Below, one piece after another: positions 40,101 through 53,607 of a stretch of 64,000 bases of DNA (the stretch's first letter is position 1; each line of letters opens with the position of its first letter). A program made the position numbers and the translations under genes. This stretch comes from Gnetum montanum. Taxonomy: Eukaryota; Plantae; Gnetophyta. Under the pieces are notes generated by a model. That model did not search any database. It was not told the DNA's origin and saw only the letters and a list, made by a program, of their open reading frames with translations. The DNA lies in the NCBI GenBank assembly GCA_015680685.1, contig MNCI01003059.1, positions 1 through 64,000 of the forward strand, written 5' to 3'.

Positions 40101-43100
40101 TCATGTTTGCACTATTGTAAAGATATTTTTGAGAGTTGCACTTTACTACATTGAGATTCTTAATTCCCATCTTTCGTTTGAATGGATTAAAGGTAGTCCT
40201 TTCCTTGATGTAAATGTTAAATTATAGTTTCACATAGAAGGAATTATTCTTAATCAAAAAATGGATGTAGACAAGGGGTTCTATAGATGTCATTTAGTCT
40301 TCAGCCTCAATGAAAAGTTCTTATGGTCAATTTAGTTCACAGTGGATATGTTTGTGAAATTTCATTGTATGTCTACATTTAGATTCTTTGTAATCTTCTA
40401 AGAAAAACTAGAAGGGAATGCATCGGATCAAAGAAGAAGGTAATACAATAAGATACCACATTAAGGATGTGATCTTAGCCAAAGAAAAGTACCTGCATAT
40501 ATTTACTTGAGAGAATGTTGTGAATAGCAAGCATCACAATGACAAACATTTATCTTTGTAACTATAAGAAATTATTCTAGTTTCAATTTTACTTTCTAGG
40601 CCATGAGATCACCTTTGCTCTCCTAACATAGGCAATACTTGCCATTGAAGAAAAAGCATGTAAAGAAATCTTGCAAGTATTTGATAAAAATGTCAATTCA
40701 TATGCTAAAAGTAAGAACTCTAATAACCTTGCTCTAGGAAAGTATCACTTGGCACCACCCAAGAGTCTCAAGTGACTTAGTGTTCTATAGTAGACTCAAG
40801 GTGGACTACACTTCAATGTCCTCAAGAACCTATGAGCATAACATCAAAACAATACATATGTAAATTATTAGTCCATTAGTTAGAAGCATCACAAGGATGT
40901 CTTCATAATCATATAAGTGATTAAACTGATGTAGCACATACATAATCAAAGAAGAGCATTAGTAATATATGAGACATCACTCCCTTAAGAAAGCTAAGAT
41001 GCATTCATACTCTACTACATCTAGTCCTAAACCCCACTTTATAAAGAAGGGTGGTGACTAGAACATTAGAGCCAAAGCTCCTCTACAAGCCTACATATCC
41101 TTGTGATATAGTACACAAGGAATTAGGGCCATGTAGTTCTTTAGTGATGGTTAAGATAGCATGGAATATGTAAAGATTTCTACATTTCTTTCAGCTCCTA
41201 TTTCGAAAGGGAAATAGCCTTGGGACCACCAATAAGACATATTCTCTATACTATCTCTTACTTTAATGTATTATTAATGTATTATGCAACTCATCATTTT
41301 TCATTTTTTACTTTATACAAATAATGTTTTACTCTTTCTTATCATTTTGTGGAGGAAAAAAACAAAAGAGTATGAAAATTTTGTTGAGAATTGATGGGTA
41401 GATTTACTTGAAAAATAAATTGTTATTTTTTCTCTTATTTTATTCGTTATTTTAAGTGGGAATTGTCTTCTCATTATCCCCTAACATGGATCATTGTTTT
41501 TGTGTAAAAATCAAGGCCATATGATGATGTAACACTTTGAAAAAATAGGTAATAAAGAAGCTATATCAATCTTATTCTTCTTTATTTACTCTTTTCTACT
41601 TCTACTCTATTGCCATATATCTTATCATCATCACCATATTATCGTTATTCTATTCACTCTATTTCCAATGAAGCTTTGTAGTCATCTCTCAAACATTTGT
41701 AGAAGGTTGTTAATCATCATAATTCATCTATTATAAAAATACATTACTCTCATATCAAGTTTGATTAAATTCTATAATGAAACAAAATTTGAAGAGTCAC
41801 AAAGATTATTAGACCCTAGTGCAATAATTCTCATAATCTCTTATCAAATTTTATAGTTCCAAATTATTGGTCTCATCAAGGAAAATTCATAAATATAAAA
41901 TTCATTAAATTTCATACTAACAATCTCTTAATATTCAAGATTTTTAGATGTACCACAACTCATGGTCAAGTTGTGGTATTGTAGAATAACAAACCACGAG
42001 TTCATCACGACTTGTGGCATTACAAGTATTGATTTTTCATTGACCATGACTTGTAGTCAACTCTTGGTTACATTATACTTTAAATAAGGAAAATTTATGA
42101 TGCCTTACACTATGATCATGGTAAGCTTCTGAATTGTAAAATTTATAGATTTTCATAAACCATGGCCAATGGTATCCTCATGGTTCACTTGTGGTATCGT
42201 TAGTTTTATTTATATCTTTATTTCCAAAGACCATGACTTGTGGTTCACTCATGGTCTAAAGATCACAATTCGTGTTATAAAATCATGACTTATGATAAAT
42301 AAATTTTCATCAAAACTCATTAAGTTTGATTAGATTTCTATTGTTGAAGATAAGAACAAATGTTATCATTGCATTTTAGTGGTACTTGAGACTAATTGAT
42401 TTAAAATCCACTCATCATGAATGCTAAAGACATCCCAAAACGTTTCATGATATTCAATGGATCATAACACTTCAATTTATGAACCAAACTCATGCAATGG
42501 CTCCTAAAATGTAATGACTACTAGGAGAATGTCAAAATCAATATTAAATTCATTAATTATTTTGAAAACATGACTAGGAATCAAATTAGAGAATATGAAA
42601 ATAAAGAAATGAAGAACAATCTAGTTGCAACAATGATTCTTGCAAGTGTTTCGGATGTCATATTATAAAGACTTATTCTTCATTAGACATTCAAAGAAAT
42701 GGGTTTCATTCTCCAACTAGAGTCCAAATGAAATCTAGAAAATAGATAACCAAAGAACTAATGTACAAATAAGAGTTTGACTTCATACAAATCAAACCAA
42801 ATAAAGACATGGAAGAATTCTTCACAAGAATGTATGTGACTCTGAAAAAATAGATGAATTTATTTGTAATTACACATTAAGCCAAAAGGTCCAAAAATTC
42901 ATCCAAGCTCTATCTACAGTGTAAGTGAATTAGTAGCCCAAATCTAAACACTACAATCTATAAAGGTAAAGAAAAAGATCTCATTTGAAAATCATGCCTA
43001 TGTATCCAATCAGACACAAAGAGAAGGAAGATTCTGAGGAAGAGGTAGATTTAATCAATTTAATTCTAGAAATCAAGTCCAACAAACAAGTAAAGACAAC

Positions 43101-43846
43101 CCTGAAAGTCAAAACAACAATGAAAAATTCTAGATTCACTAGAAGAAGAGGGCATCCAAGAGCAAGATGGAATAATAATCAAAAACTCGATTCCAACAAT
43201 TCTTCCATTTCTTTTTGTATATTATGGAAGGAAAAAGAACATCTCATTGATACATATAAGGCAAGCATTGGATTTGAATCTCTATAGCTCTGAAACAAAA
43301 CCAAGAAGAATAATTCATCTCAACTAAGCAAGAATTACACCAAGGTAATTTTACTACCTTAACTTCTATTATGAAAATAAAAGAAGATTCTTGGATAATA
43401 AACGTCAATTATTCAAACCATGTGAAATCCTTTAAATCAAGTATTTTTAATTACAAATCAAATAACAAACTTACAAACCATGATAACTTCCTCAACATAT
43501 AAGGCATAGGAGAATTGTTTAGTTAGATTACATGCATTCATCAAAACCATCAACCACACGTTTTAACAAATTCCAGAGCAAAATCCGTAGACATTGGTAC
43601 ATGGGTTGTAACCTCCAGAGCAAAAAACAGTAGAGATGCAAAAGAAAATGTGAATATATTAAAAACAAAACATGGAGTACAGCCTGTCAATGTAACTTGG
43701 AATTGATTTTACCAAACTTTGACTAGATTTAAGTACTGCAAACCCGGTCCAAAGCTCCATTCTACAAGTTGAATAAAAATCATTGGAATTTCAGTTTCAC
43801 TGCTTCCTCTTAAATACTTCAACGATAGTTTAGTATTAAGATGAAA

Positions 43847-46800
43847 TTATCTCCTCCTCCGGACTGGTGATCTTGATCTTGATCTTGACCTTGATCGCTT
43901 GTTCCTAGCAAAAGGAAAACTCTCAATTAAAAACCCAACACATTTGAACAAGACTCACCTTTATACTGCAACGGATCTTCCATTATTTCTGGTAGTCTTA
44001 CATATTTTTTACATAAATCAGGTGGCAACTTACCTACTGCCAGAAGAATGATAAGGAGAATGCCTGCGGTCAGTATGCCTGAGGTGTGATGTACGAGAAT
44101 GAGAACGAGATCGAGATCTTGAAACACGTCTAAAATAACAAATAATTATGGTCATTCAGTAAGTTAAAACAAGTCAAACAAGAAGTTCAATTTGGGAATA
44201 TATTTGCTAGTATATGTCATTCACCCATTGTATTAATATATTACAATAGATAACATTACAAACTCTATCTACACTTCGCATTTGCCTGCTACTTGAATAT
44301 TAAAAACTCTATCTGGGCTCGGCCAACACCCAGAAATTTATATTGTTCAAACAGCAGAACCTAATATGTTATGAAAGAGAACCTAGAATTACTACAACCC
44401 TTCTGCCTGCCAATACATGCCTAAACAGAAAGTAGACTGCTTGAAAGCAAACTGATCAATTCATGCATGTTAAAAAATAAATTGAAATGCAATAGTAGGA
44501 GCCTTCTTGTAAGCAATATGGAAAAACATATGATATGATTGCAAGAATGTATGTTTTTCAACATTAACATCAAACATATTAACCAAGAATTCGACAATAC
44601 CTGAGAGATGTCAATGTTTCGAAACCAAGAACATCATTATCAACAAAGTTTCAAAAACAATACAATGATTTCACATCCATTTAACATACCTCTTTTTTGA
44701 CCTCGTTGGTGATGGGGATAAACTGCGTCTGCTCGCTCGAGCCCTCCTGACACGTTGGAAGTTGCAGATATAGTTAAAAATCTTAGCAACATAAAATTTA
44801 TGTATTTTACATGCTACTTCTAAGATGCAGAAGTTCAAATAAAAATTTAAATTTACAAATAGTTTAATTTAAACCATCTCTACCTCTTCGCATTTTCAAC
44901 TGCCTCTGTACTTGAACTACTTTTATTAGTATCAAGAGAATCAACTTTCCTGCTATTTCGGCCCCTGCCACTAATGGATGGAGAGCGTTTTCTGCCTTTA
45001 TCAGAATTAGATGTGCCTCTCTCTTTTCTCCTCTGCTGCATACTATGTTTTTCAGTTTCATATTTTTTGCCATAGTCAGTATTTCCAGTTGATTTTTTTG
45101 CTCTCTCGTAATCTTTTCTATTTTCCTTCTCTGACATAGAATCTACGCCTCTTCTTCCACCGTGATTTCCTCTATCTGATCTTTTTCTGTCATCTCTGCT
45201 TTTGTCCTTGTCATTTTCTTTTTCCCAATCTTTCTCCATCTCTTTAACATCTCTCTCCTTTTGGTTATCCCAATCCCTTTCTCGTCGCTTATCCTTTTCT
45301 CTTTCTCTTTCTCTACTTTTACCCTTGTCCCTGCTATGGTCAACTGAAACGCTTTGCTTTCCACCAGTATTTTTGCTCTTCCGATCCAAATGATTAGAAT
45401 TTACTATTCTTGAATCACTATTGAGCAGAGTCTGATTTTTGGGTTCCATATCTGTTAGGTGATTTTTACTTTCATGGTCAACATCTAAGTCATTGTTTTC
45501 AAATCCATCTTTAGCTTTGTCTAAATCATTACAAACAACCGAAGCCTGTGATTTAGAAGCATTATCGGAATTGTTGTCCAACCCACTAGTTGCATCGTTA
45601 CTAGTAATTCCTTTCCTGTTACTTGTAGCTAAATCACATTCAACTGCACCTTTTATATCACGGTCAACCATTTTATCGTTTGTTTTGACAGAACTGCTCT
45701 CTTCTAATAGCTCTGCACCATCTAAAATGCCTTCCTGCAACTTAGAAGTGCCAGGTACAACTTCTTTAGTTTCTTCAGTTACGTCATCATCATCATCAGT
45801 GTTATAGTTTCCAAGGCCAAGGAGATCTCCAACTGCAGCACTTGAGGTTGAATTTTCACCATTAACATCAGCATTATTAGATGAATTCTTGACAGATACC
45901 ACAACCTTTCCAGATGTTGTGGCTTTTGAAACAGTTTGGGTTGGAGAGGATGTTTTTGCTGAATTCTGTGTGGTGACAATACTGGCTGTAGAAAGCATCT
46001 TCGCTGTAAATAAAATTGTTCAGATCACATCAGTTTTAAGTAGGTTTCCAAGAGATTAGATTAATGAAATCAATAGTTCATTTCTTTTAAAGTGTAACAC
46101 CTTGCAATGTGGATTCACCTTCATCAAGAACTTCTTGAGCAATTTCATCAAAAAGTTCATTTGTCACCTGCAATAATTTTCAAAATACAGCACATTAATT
46201 TGATTAAGGCTACCCAAAAGAATTCACACCAAATACAAAACATCTAGAGTTTGGCTCTAACCTTCGTCAGCACCTCAGTTAGAACACGTTTAATCTCCTT
46301 ATTGATTGCCGCTTCCCTTTGCTTCTCTGCAAAATCCTATTCCACAATAGGAGATGCAGGAGTACTAATCATTAATAATTACTTTTAACAAAACTATTGG
46401 CAATAAGTATAAAATGATAATCATGAAACACAGTTGCACACGAAGATAAACATAAAATACCATTTATAGCACTGGGGAAACAAGCTTGATTAAAATAATT
46501 ACTTTACAAACCTCATCTTCCTCGTCATCACTTTCCCTTGCAGAATCTGCACTTCTATTATCCATCAGCTCATCTTTTGGTAAAGGCTGATCTTCATTTC
46601 CAATTTCATTCACATGGTATGAATCTTCATGGTTTTGGTCATGAGCTAATGCATTTGGTATGGCAGATGCTTTTTGTTTCTTTAACAATTCTTCCTTTAT
46701 CCAATTGGGTACAGAAGCCTGGATTTTGATACAAGCTTTTGTAAATTGAATCTAAACTAACAAATTATCGCCAAAAATATATATATATATCCAGACGAGC

Positions 46801-49800
46801 CTCTGGTTGCCTCCATAAAATGTCACCTTTTTGGGACGTTCAGGAACACCAAAACCAGGATTAGTCTCACCCATGTATGCCGGAGGAACCATCACTGCAG
46901 GTCCAGATGGTACACCAGGGTTTCCAGGTCCAACAGCAAATGGTGCAGCAACAGAAGGCATGCCAGGACGAAATGCTGAGGAGACCACAGGTCCAGGTAG
47001 TCTCCCAGGAAACTGAGTTGGATGGGATGCATGAGGTGCTGAGATATATGGATGTTCAAACTGATAGATCATGTCAAAAACAATAAAATATAAATAGTTC
47101 TGAAATATTTATTTTCAAATGAAAATTTCAAATATAAAGCTAACTATACCTGGTTGGTGGGTGGGACTACAGAAGAATTAGCTGGAAAAGATGAGCTACG
47201 ACCACTTAACGGTGGCCAAGTAGAGCTTGTGTTCATCTTTTCATTATAGTCTGAAACAGGAGCTACTTGTGGATCTGAAAAAGGGTATGATTGTGGAACG
47301 GTTGCTTGTTGATCAGAATATGCATATTGAGAATCTGGAATGCCAGTTTGCTGATCAGAGAAAGATTGGTGGGTCTGCGTTGCTGTCTGCAGTTGGGCTT
47401 GAGCACTCTGCAAGGGATATTGTCCTTTTGATACATGGTTATCTTGTCCCATTGTCATTGAAAATGAGAAACGTTGATCTTCAACTCCTACGGGAAAAAT
47501 CATTTGAGATCAGAAACACTATAAATGCTTAGGGAACATTATGCATTCACCAATTAGGAAACTTTAAAATGTGATCTTAAAAAGTGACTCTTTTGTATAG
47601 ACATATAACGTAAGATTCTGTGCCAATAAAATATTTGAAATTCATTAAAGGCTTCTTTTGGTATCCACCTGAATTAGAAGAATAACTTGCAGAAGCTTCC
47701 TGAGGGTAAGAAGAGGGCACAGTGGAAACAGGATTTTGTGAAGAATATGTTGTAGAATTCAAACTGTTTTCTGGAATTCCATCTTTTAAGTTATACAACA
47801 CATAACCATTTGCTGTGTTCGATGATGGCATTGTAGAGGAAAAATTATCAGTAGGATCCTCAAACTGAGTAGCACGTATATTTGGAGGTTGAGGAATTGT
47901 GTGTGGTCCAGAATGCTGAACCTCAGGATAACGAGGCTGTACTGGTTGAGAAAAATCACCACTGTAAATGTTATGTTGATCGACTGGTTTATTGACAGTT
48001 GTGTATTCTAGAGGAGTCTGCTGGGCTTCCATTGCTGCCTTAGCCGCTGCCCATTCTCTCGCTTTAGCTGCCCAATCTTGTTCTGCTGCAGAGCTCTTAC
48101 CTGTAAAAATTAAAGAAATGAACCAAGGTCCTAAAGATAGGTTGCAAGTTAATTAGAATGCCATTTTTTCATCACATGATTATTTCATCTTTATATAACC
48201 AAAATGCAATTCCATACTTTCTATTACTAAAACTAAATGTGATTTACTACCTTCGTACTCTCGATTCTGATTACTCCAATGTGGGTTTGACCAAACCTGT
48301 CGAGAAGTTAACAAATCCAAACAATCCAATCTATTACACTAACAGGTCTTGCAAATAAACTGAATTAAAAAGAAGAAAAAACCGCTAAAGACAATTCACT
48401 ATCAGAAAATCTTAAAATTGAACTTATAATGAGACTAAGTCATAGCATTCGTTGCTGGATGGTGTACACAAAAAATTACAGCCATCTCAGATAAATTCCC
48501 CATCAGAAGTTTATCTAAGCCTGGCAACATTAAACACAAATTTGTAAATAAAAGGGTATAGCCTTCGTGTTGGTCTTTAATTCAGTGCTGCATGTAAATA
48601 GATGGTCCGCTGGCAAACTTGAACCTTTCCGCTTTGTTGAGTTCTTTGTGTGTACTTTCTTGCATCTTTTACTATTCAGAGCATTCTCTACATTGTATGG
48701 CATTAAAACAAAAATTCAAAACAACTGTGAAATGCTTTAATTTTTGGAATTTGAATTTGGAATAAGGTTCATATAATCCATATTTCCAACCGATAGCAGG
48801 ACGAAGATTTCCCCACCAATAGTTACAGTCAATTGTGGAATTCATCAGAAAACACGGGTGATATTCTGATTGACCAAACCAAAATATTCCAAAACTTGGT
48901 TAAGCAAATTCTACACATTACTTTCAAGCCTTTTTATAAATTTCAAAATATTTCATTTTCAGGAACATCAGAAAAATTACAATAATATAGGTATCTTAGA
49001 TTCTAAATAGACAATAGCTAAAACCCTTCCAAATTGTATTTTAAAAAAATACCTCAATTCATGCTTTCTTTAAACTGCATAAAAGAGAAACTGTCTCAAC
49101 CAATTGTATATTAAACATTCTAAGTAATTAACAAAATTGAATAAGTGCTATGAAATAGCAAAATTATCCTAACAGTTCAAAATAAAAATAAAAAGATTAG
49201 TGCAGAAAGAAAAGGTTCAGGAATATGCATTTTGTCGATAAGTTGCTACGTAGGCAGAAGAAGCTAGACAATCCTCTTCTATTTTTTTCTTAATCATCTA
49301 TAGCTTAAAAAAACATAATTATTTGTTTCTAAAGTATGTTCATTTTGCGAAAACATTTCTTGAATAAGTAACAAATTCGGAAAACAATTAACATTTCTTG
49401 AATAATATTGTTTTTTTATTTAAAAATAGCATGCTACATTAAGAAGCTAAAGGAGTTATTTCTACAACTTGTGCTTGTGATCCTTTGGGAGACAGTTCGT
49501 TAACTTCTGAAGTCGAACTTTACGCCCCAAAAACAACACTAAACCCTAATACAGGACACAATCTTCGGCTACAGCCCCCAAAAATGAATAGGAAAAACTA
49601 TTCGTGACATGAAAACTCCACCCTAAAATATAGATTCAAATTTCGGCATTAGGAAGATTGTCCTGTGACGAAGAACAATCAGGCATAGACCCTAATTTGC
49701 AAGTAGTCCTGGTTAAAAAACACCGAAAAACGCTGTGTGGAGGTTGTCACCTGATCTGGTTGAGCATACATTTGAGTAACCTGAGATTGATGAGGAGGAG

Positions 49801-50080
49801 GAGGGAGAGGAGGAAGAGGAGGCCGTTGCGGCTGAAAATGAGATGAATACGGAAGATTAGTTTGAGGCTGAGGCTGAGGCTGATGCTGCATCTGAGGCTG
49901 TGCATATCCATACTGCTCCATATGATGAGGCGGTGGAATCCACTGCTGCTGCTGCTGCTGCTGCTGATGCTGTTGCTGCAGTCCTTGAAACTGAAATTGG
50001 CCTGGCGAGTACCACGATCCAGGATGCTGTTGCGGCCAAGTCGGCCTAGGATTTTGCTGTTGCTGCATACCATTATCCAT
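43847..50080 (-). CDS. PNISR/SFRS18-like arginine/serine-rich splicing-associated protein; exons 50080-49751, 48296-48251, 48100-47669, 47487-47150, 47060-46827, 46718-46512, 46336-46262, 46167-46101, 46003-44884, 44746-44690, 44129-44034, 43904-43847; 1019 aa
   Basis: 12 GT-AG exons with consistent phases (3060 nt). Q/P-rich N-terminus; DWAAKAREWAAAK; VPNWIKEELLK; EIKRVLTEVLTKVTNELFDEIAQEVL; LLGLGNYNTDDDD; RE/RD-rich region; RS-dipeptide C-terminus (RSRSRSRSPVRRRR*). This is the motif order I recognise from PNISR homologues. Confidence 0.85.
49943..49980 (-). repeat. Coding (CAG)n microsatellite, poly-Gln in exon 1 of the PNISR-like gene
   Basis: ctgctg... run on plus strand encodes QQQHQQQQQQQQ. 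Confidence 0.9.
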
Positions 50081-50511
50081 CTTCTTCAGTCGACTTCTTC
50101 TTCTTAGTCGTCTCCCCAAAAACACAGGTGTTGTTGGAGAATTTTAGGCCGAACCCTTGTTGCCAGCCAAAAAAATACAGATGAGTTCGTCTTCCTCTCA
50201 CATGGGAAAGTATTTTCAAGGATTGCTGGCGTTTTAGGTCGGTGTGTTTTGGTTTTTGGGTCTGATATTCACGGTTTGGTTTGGATCGCAAAAAAAGAAT
50301 TTGGGCTTCTGAAACCACACGGTTCTGAGTGAGATAATCAGAAAAAAACATACGGGAATCGGATGGGGCCATGTTAGATCAATTTTTGGGACTGAACGAA
50401 AGCCCTACGCAGTATTGTTAAGAGAATGTTTTGCTTATTTTTAAAGCTAGAGTCATCCTTACAAGATGTTTATCCCGTTGGTTGGTTTTGTGTGGATCCT
50501 ATGGGTGCATT

Positions 50512-50780
50512 TGTTTATTTAATTATTTAATTAATTATGAGGTGTTAGCTTAGTGGTAAAAAGGTTGTTAAAACCCAAAATAATTGAAATATAGGTACAC
50601 CTCAAGATTTATAGAAGTTTATACCTCAATGTTACCTGTTAACATCTCATTATGTTTATTTAATTATGAGGTGTTAGCTTAGCGGTAAAGGGGTTGTTAA
50701 AACCCAAAATAATTGAAATATAGGTACACCTTAAGATTTATAGAAGTTTATACCTCAATGTTACCTGCTAACACCTCATT
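50512..50780. repeat. Two ~130-bp direct repeats, each with inverted ends, upstream of the PNISR-like gene
   Basis: atgaggtgttagcttag...gttaacatctcatta / gctaacacctcatta repeated twice. Confidence 0.8.
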
Positions 50781-50969
50781 ATTGTTAGCTTAGCAATAAG
50801 ACTCTTCATTTAGAAGCTCTAAGTTATGGGTTCGACTTTGGTGAGCAAAATGTTGTAATTTGACTATATGTCTTGGGGGTAAATTTTGTTGAAGCTTAAT
50901 AATATAATAAATTTTGTTGAAGCTTAATAGGTTGCTAGCTACTATGGCAATGAAAGTTATTAGATCATG

Positions 50970-52652
50970 TGTCCCAAGTGTTGTATTTATAGGGTTGCAC
51001 ACATCCCAAGATATCATATCAACAATGACGTAGCATGTGCTATGATATCATATTAATGACACTGTTGATATGATATTGTCATGCATCAAAATTTGACTTT
51101 ATCATACCCTCATGATTGATTGGAAACTCATCCTCAAGTTAAAACAAATAAGGATAGAGTCCCTTACAAAATTAGGAGGTAGATCTGACTATATATGACT
51201 AACAAACTATTTACATGACTCTGAATGGTGCAGTGGTGTTTATATAAAATTTTGACATGGTTGTTTGACAAAACAAAATAAAAACAAGACAAAAACTTGA
51301 AGAAGCTCGATGCAACCTAAGTGCCTAGCAGTGGTGGCTCTTCCATTGGTTGCTTTCCTTTTCAAGATTTTGGCATGTAAAGTTCATGGGAAAGGAATCT
51401 TAGGCAACGAAAGTTCAGTAGATGGATAGGAGATGGGTTATGAAATTCTTTTAGTGTATGAACGAATGTATTCAATTGCTAAGCGAAGTATTTATTGATG
51501 TTTATTATTCTTAAAGGCACAAGATGATGTGGAATTACTTGCCAAGTACAAAATACAAAAGTTACACAAGTGGGTCCTCCCTAAAGCAGGCTCCAACCCT
51601 TAGTGCCCTGATATAACCATGCCTCAAAGTGTCCCTAGGCACTCAAAAAGTTGAATGTAATGCATACTTGTCTAGCAAGACACACATGTTAGGATCACCA
51701 AGTTGGGAAAATTACACTATATTACACAAAAGCACAAGTAATAATTAATTATACAGTGAGATGAAATGGACTCAGGAGGGATTGCAGAAATCAAGATGTG
51801 CTGTGTCTTACCATAGGCATAATGAATCCTTGTGTGTTATTAGTGGTTAAAGTAATCATTAACTTTTTCTATCCAAGATTTAAACCAAGTCCAAACCACT
51901 ATCCAGTGACATTGCATTGTTTCACCTCTTAGATTCACAACCATAAGACTATTACTATTGCAAGGAGTATCATCACTTAGCGTTTTGTTCAAGGGAGAAG
52001 TTTATTTATTACACTTATTATTATTATTATTTTGAAATTCCTTAGAAGTCACCTACCTTCAGGCATGGGTAACATGTCTTTCCAGTGGGACCCCCAGAAA
52101 TTTATTCTATGCATGTATTTTATTTTTGATAGTGTTGACCTTACCAGAGGACTACCTTCAGGCATGGGTAACATGTCTTTCTAGTGACATGGTAAGGTAG
52201 CACTTATTGTACTCTTGCTCCCATTTTTTTTGTTAGATCTACAAGGATATTATTACAACCTTAGCAACATGATAAAACACATAGTAGTGATCCAAGAGAT
52301 TCCACAAATCCCATTAATGTCACACCCTTCACATTCCACTTGGTTCTTCACTTTTCTATCTAGGCATAATGAAGTTTATTCTTAATTTTATTAGGAAAAG
52401 AATATCATTATGGCCATGGTAAGAACCTCTTATGATTGAGCGATGGATGGATGTTTTGGTCTCACTATATAGATAACTAAGCTCTTATGATTAATAACAT
52501 AAAGAAATCTTCACCTTATTATACTACATCTTGCATTATTCTTGGTGTGTTTTATTAGCAATAAAAAATATGTATAAAGAAAATGAAAACAATGTATGAA
52601 AAATTATAAAAGGTAGTAAGCATGGAAAAAGATAAAAAGAATGAAAAATATT
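50970..52652 (-). mobile_element. Older, deleted Athila-family remnant (partial 3' LTR, PPT, end of ORF2, non-coding spacer), interrupted by the element starting at 52653
   Basis: tttatca|taccctcatgattgattggaaactcatcctcaagtt near 51100 matches the LTR/PPT junction at 29777. KGKQPMEEP at ~51335-51362. 51540-52600 is colinear with 33640-34740. Confidence 0.75.
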
Positions 52653-53607
52653 TGATGAGTCATGAATTGGTCAGCCTCAATATCGGGTCCCAAGAAACAA
52701 TGTCAGATATCTAATATCGTCTCTTCCGTGCTAGCCTATAAATACAACACTTGGATGCACAGTTGAGATATAGTTTTCATTTTCAGTTTTTAATAGTCTT
52801 TCTTAGATTTCTACATTCAAGTTCTGTTATTCCCAGTGCATGCCCGCAATGTGATGTTTGTAATCATATGGCACCTTTATTTGAGTGTGATGTACTTGGA
52901 CACATTACATGACTGGAAATAAAGATCGAGATTACTCCCATCATTGCAACATTCACTTAGATTTATCATTGCTTTAATTATTTACTATTTTCTTTAGTTA
53001 ATGTTTCTATTTATTGCTATTTATTATTCATGTCATTAAGTGTAATGAGTACAACTTAATCATGAGCACTTAAGTGTAAGTACTTGGTAATCCAGCAATG
53101 TATCATTTGGCACACCCAATGATGTACACTTGGCAATCCTGGCAGTAGTTATATGAAGTCCAATGCATGTACAAACAATTGAGGATGGATACTCATCGCA
53201 AATAGTTTAGTTTAGGTTTTACTTTCCATTGTTCATTAGCTTAATTAATTTATCTCTTTATCGTCATTAGGAGCAACATAGAATTAGATAACATCATATG
53301 CCTTACTTTGGACTAAATCATATGTTAGAAAGCTACCACTAGTCCAAGTGGGAAGACAACAAACTACGATCAAAGCATAATGATCTAGACGCCACAACTA
53401 GTCCCATCCACAAAATTCAACTAGATTGTGCGTGAACACTTGTGATTCGTATGGTTGGGCGTAGGGGTACCTCATTGTTCATCACTGGCGCCATTGTTGA
53501 GGATGGTGCTAGTTATCTAGATTAGTTATATTATACACAATTGTTGTAAATGTGTTAATGATATATCTTTTAGAAAATATTAAATCACACACCATAAGCC
53601 AACAACA

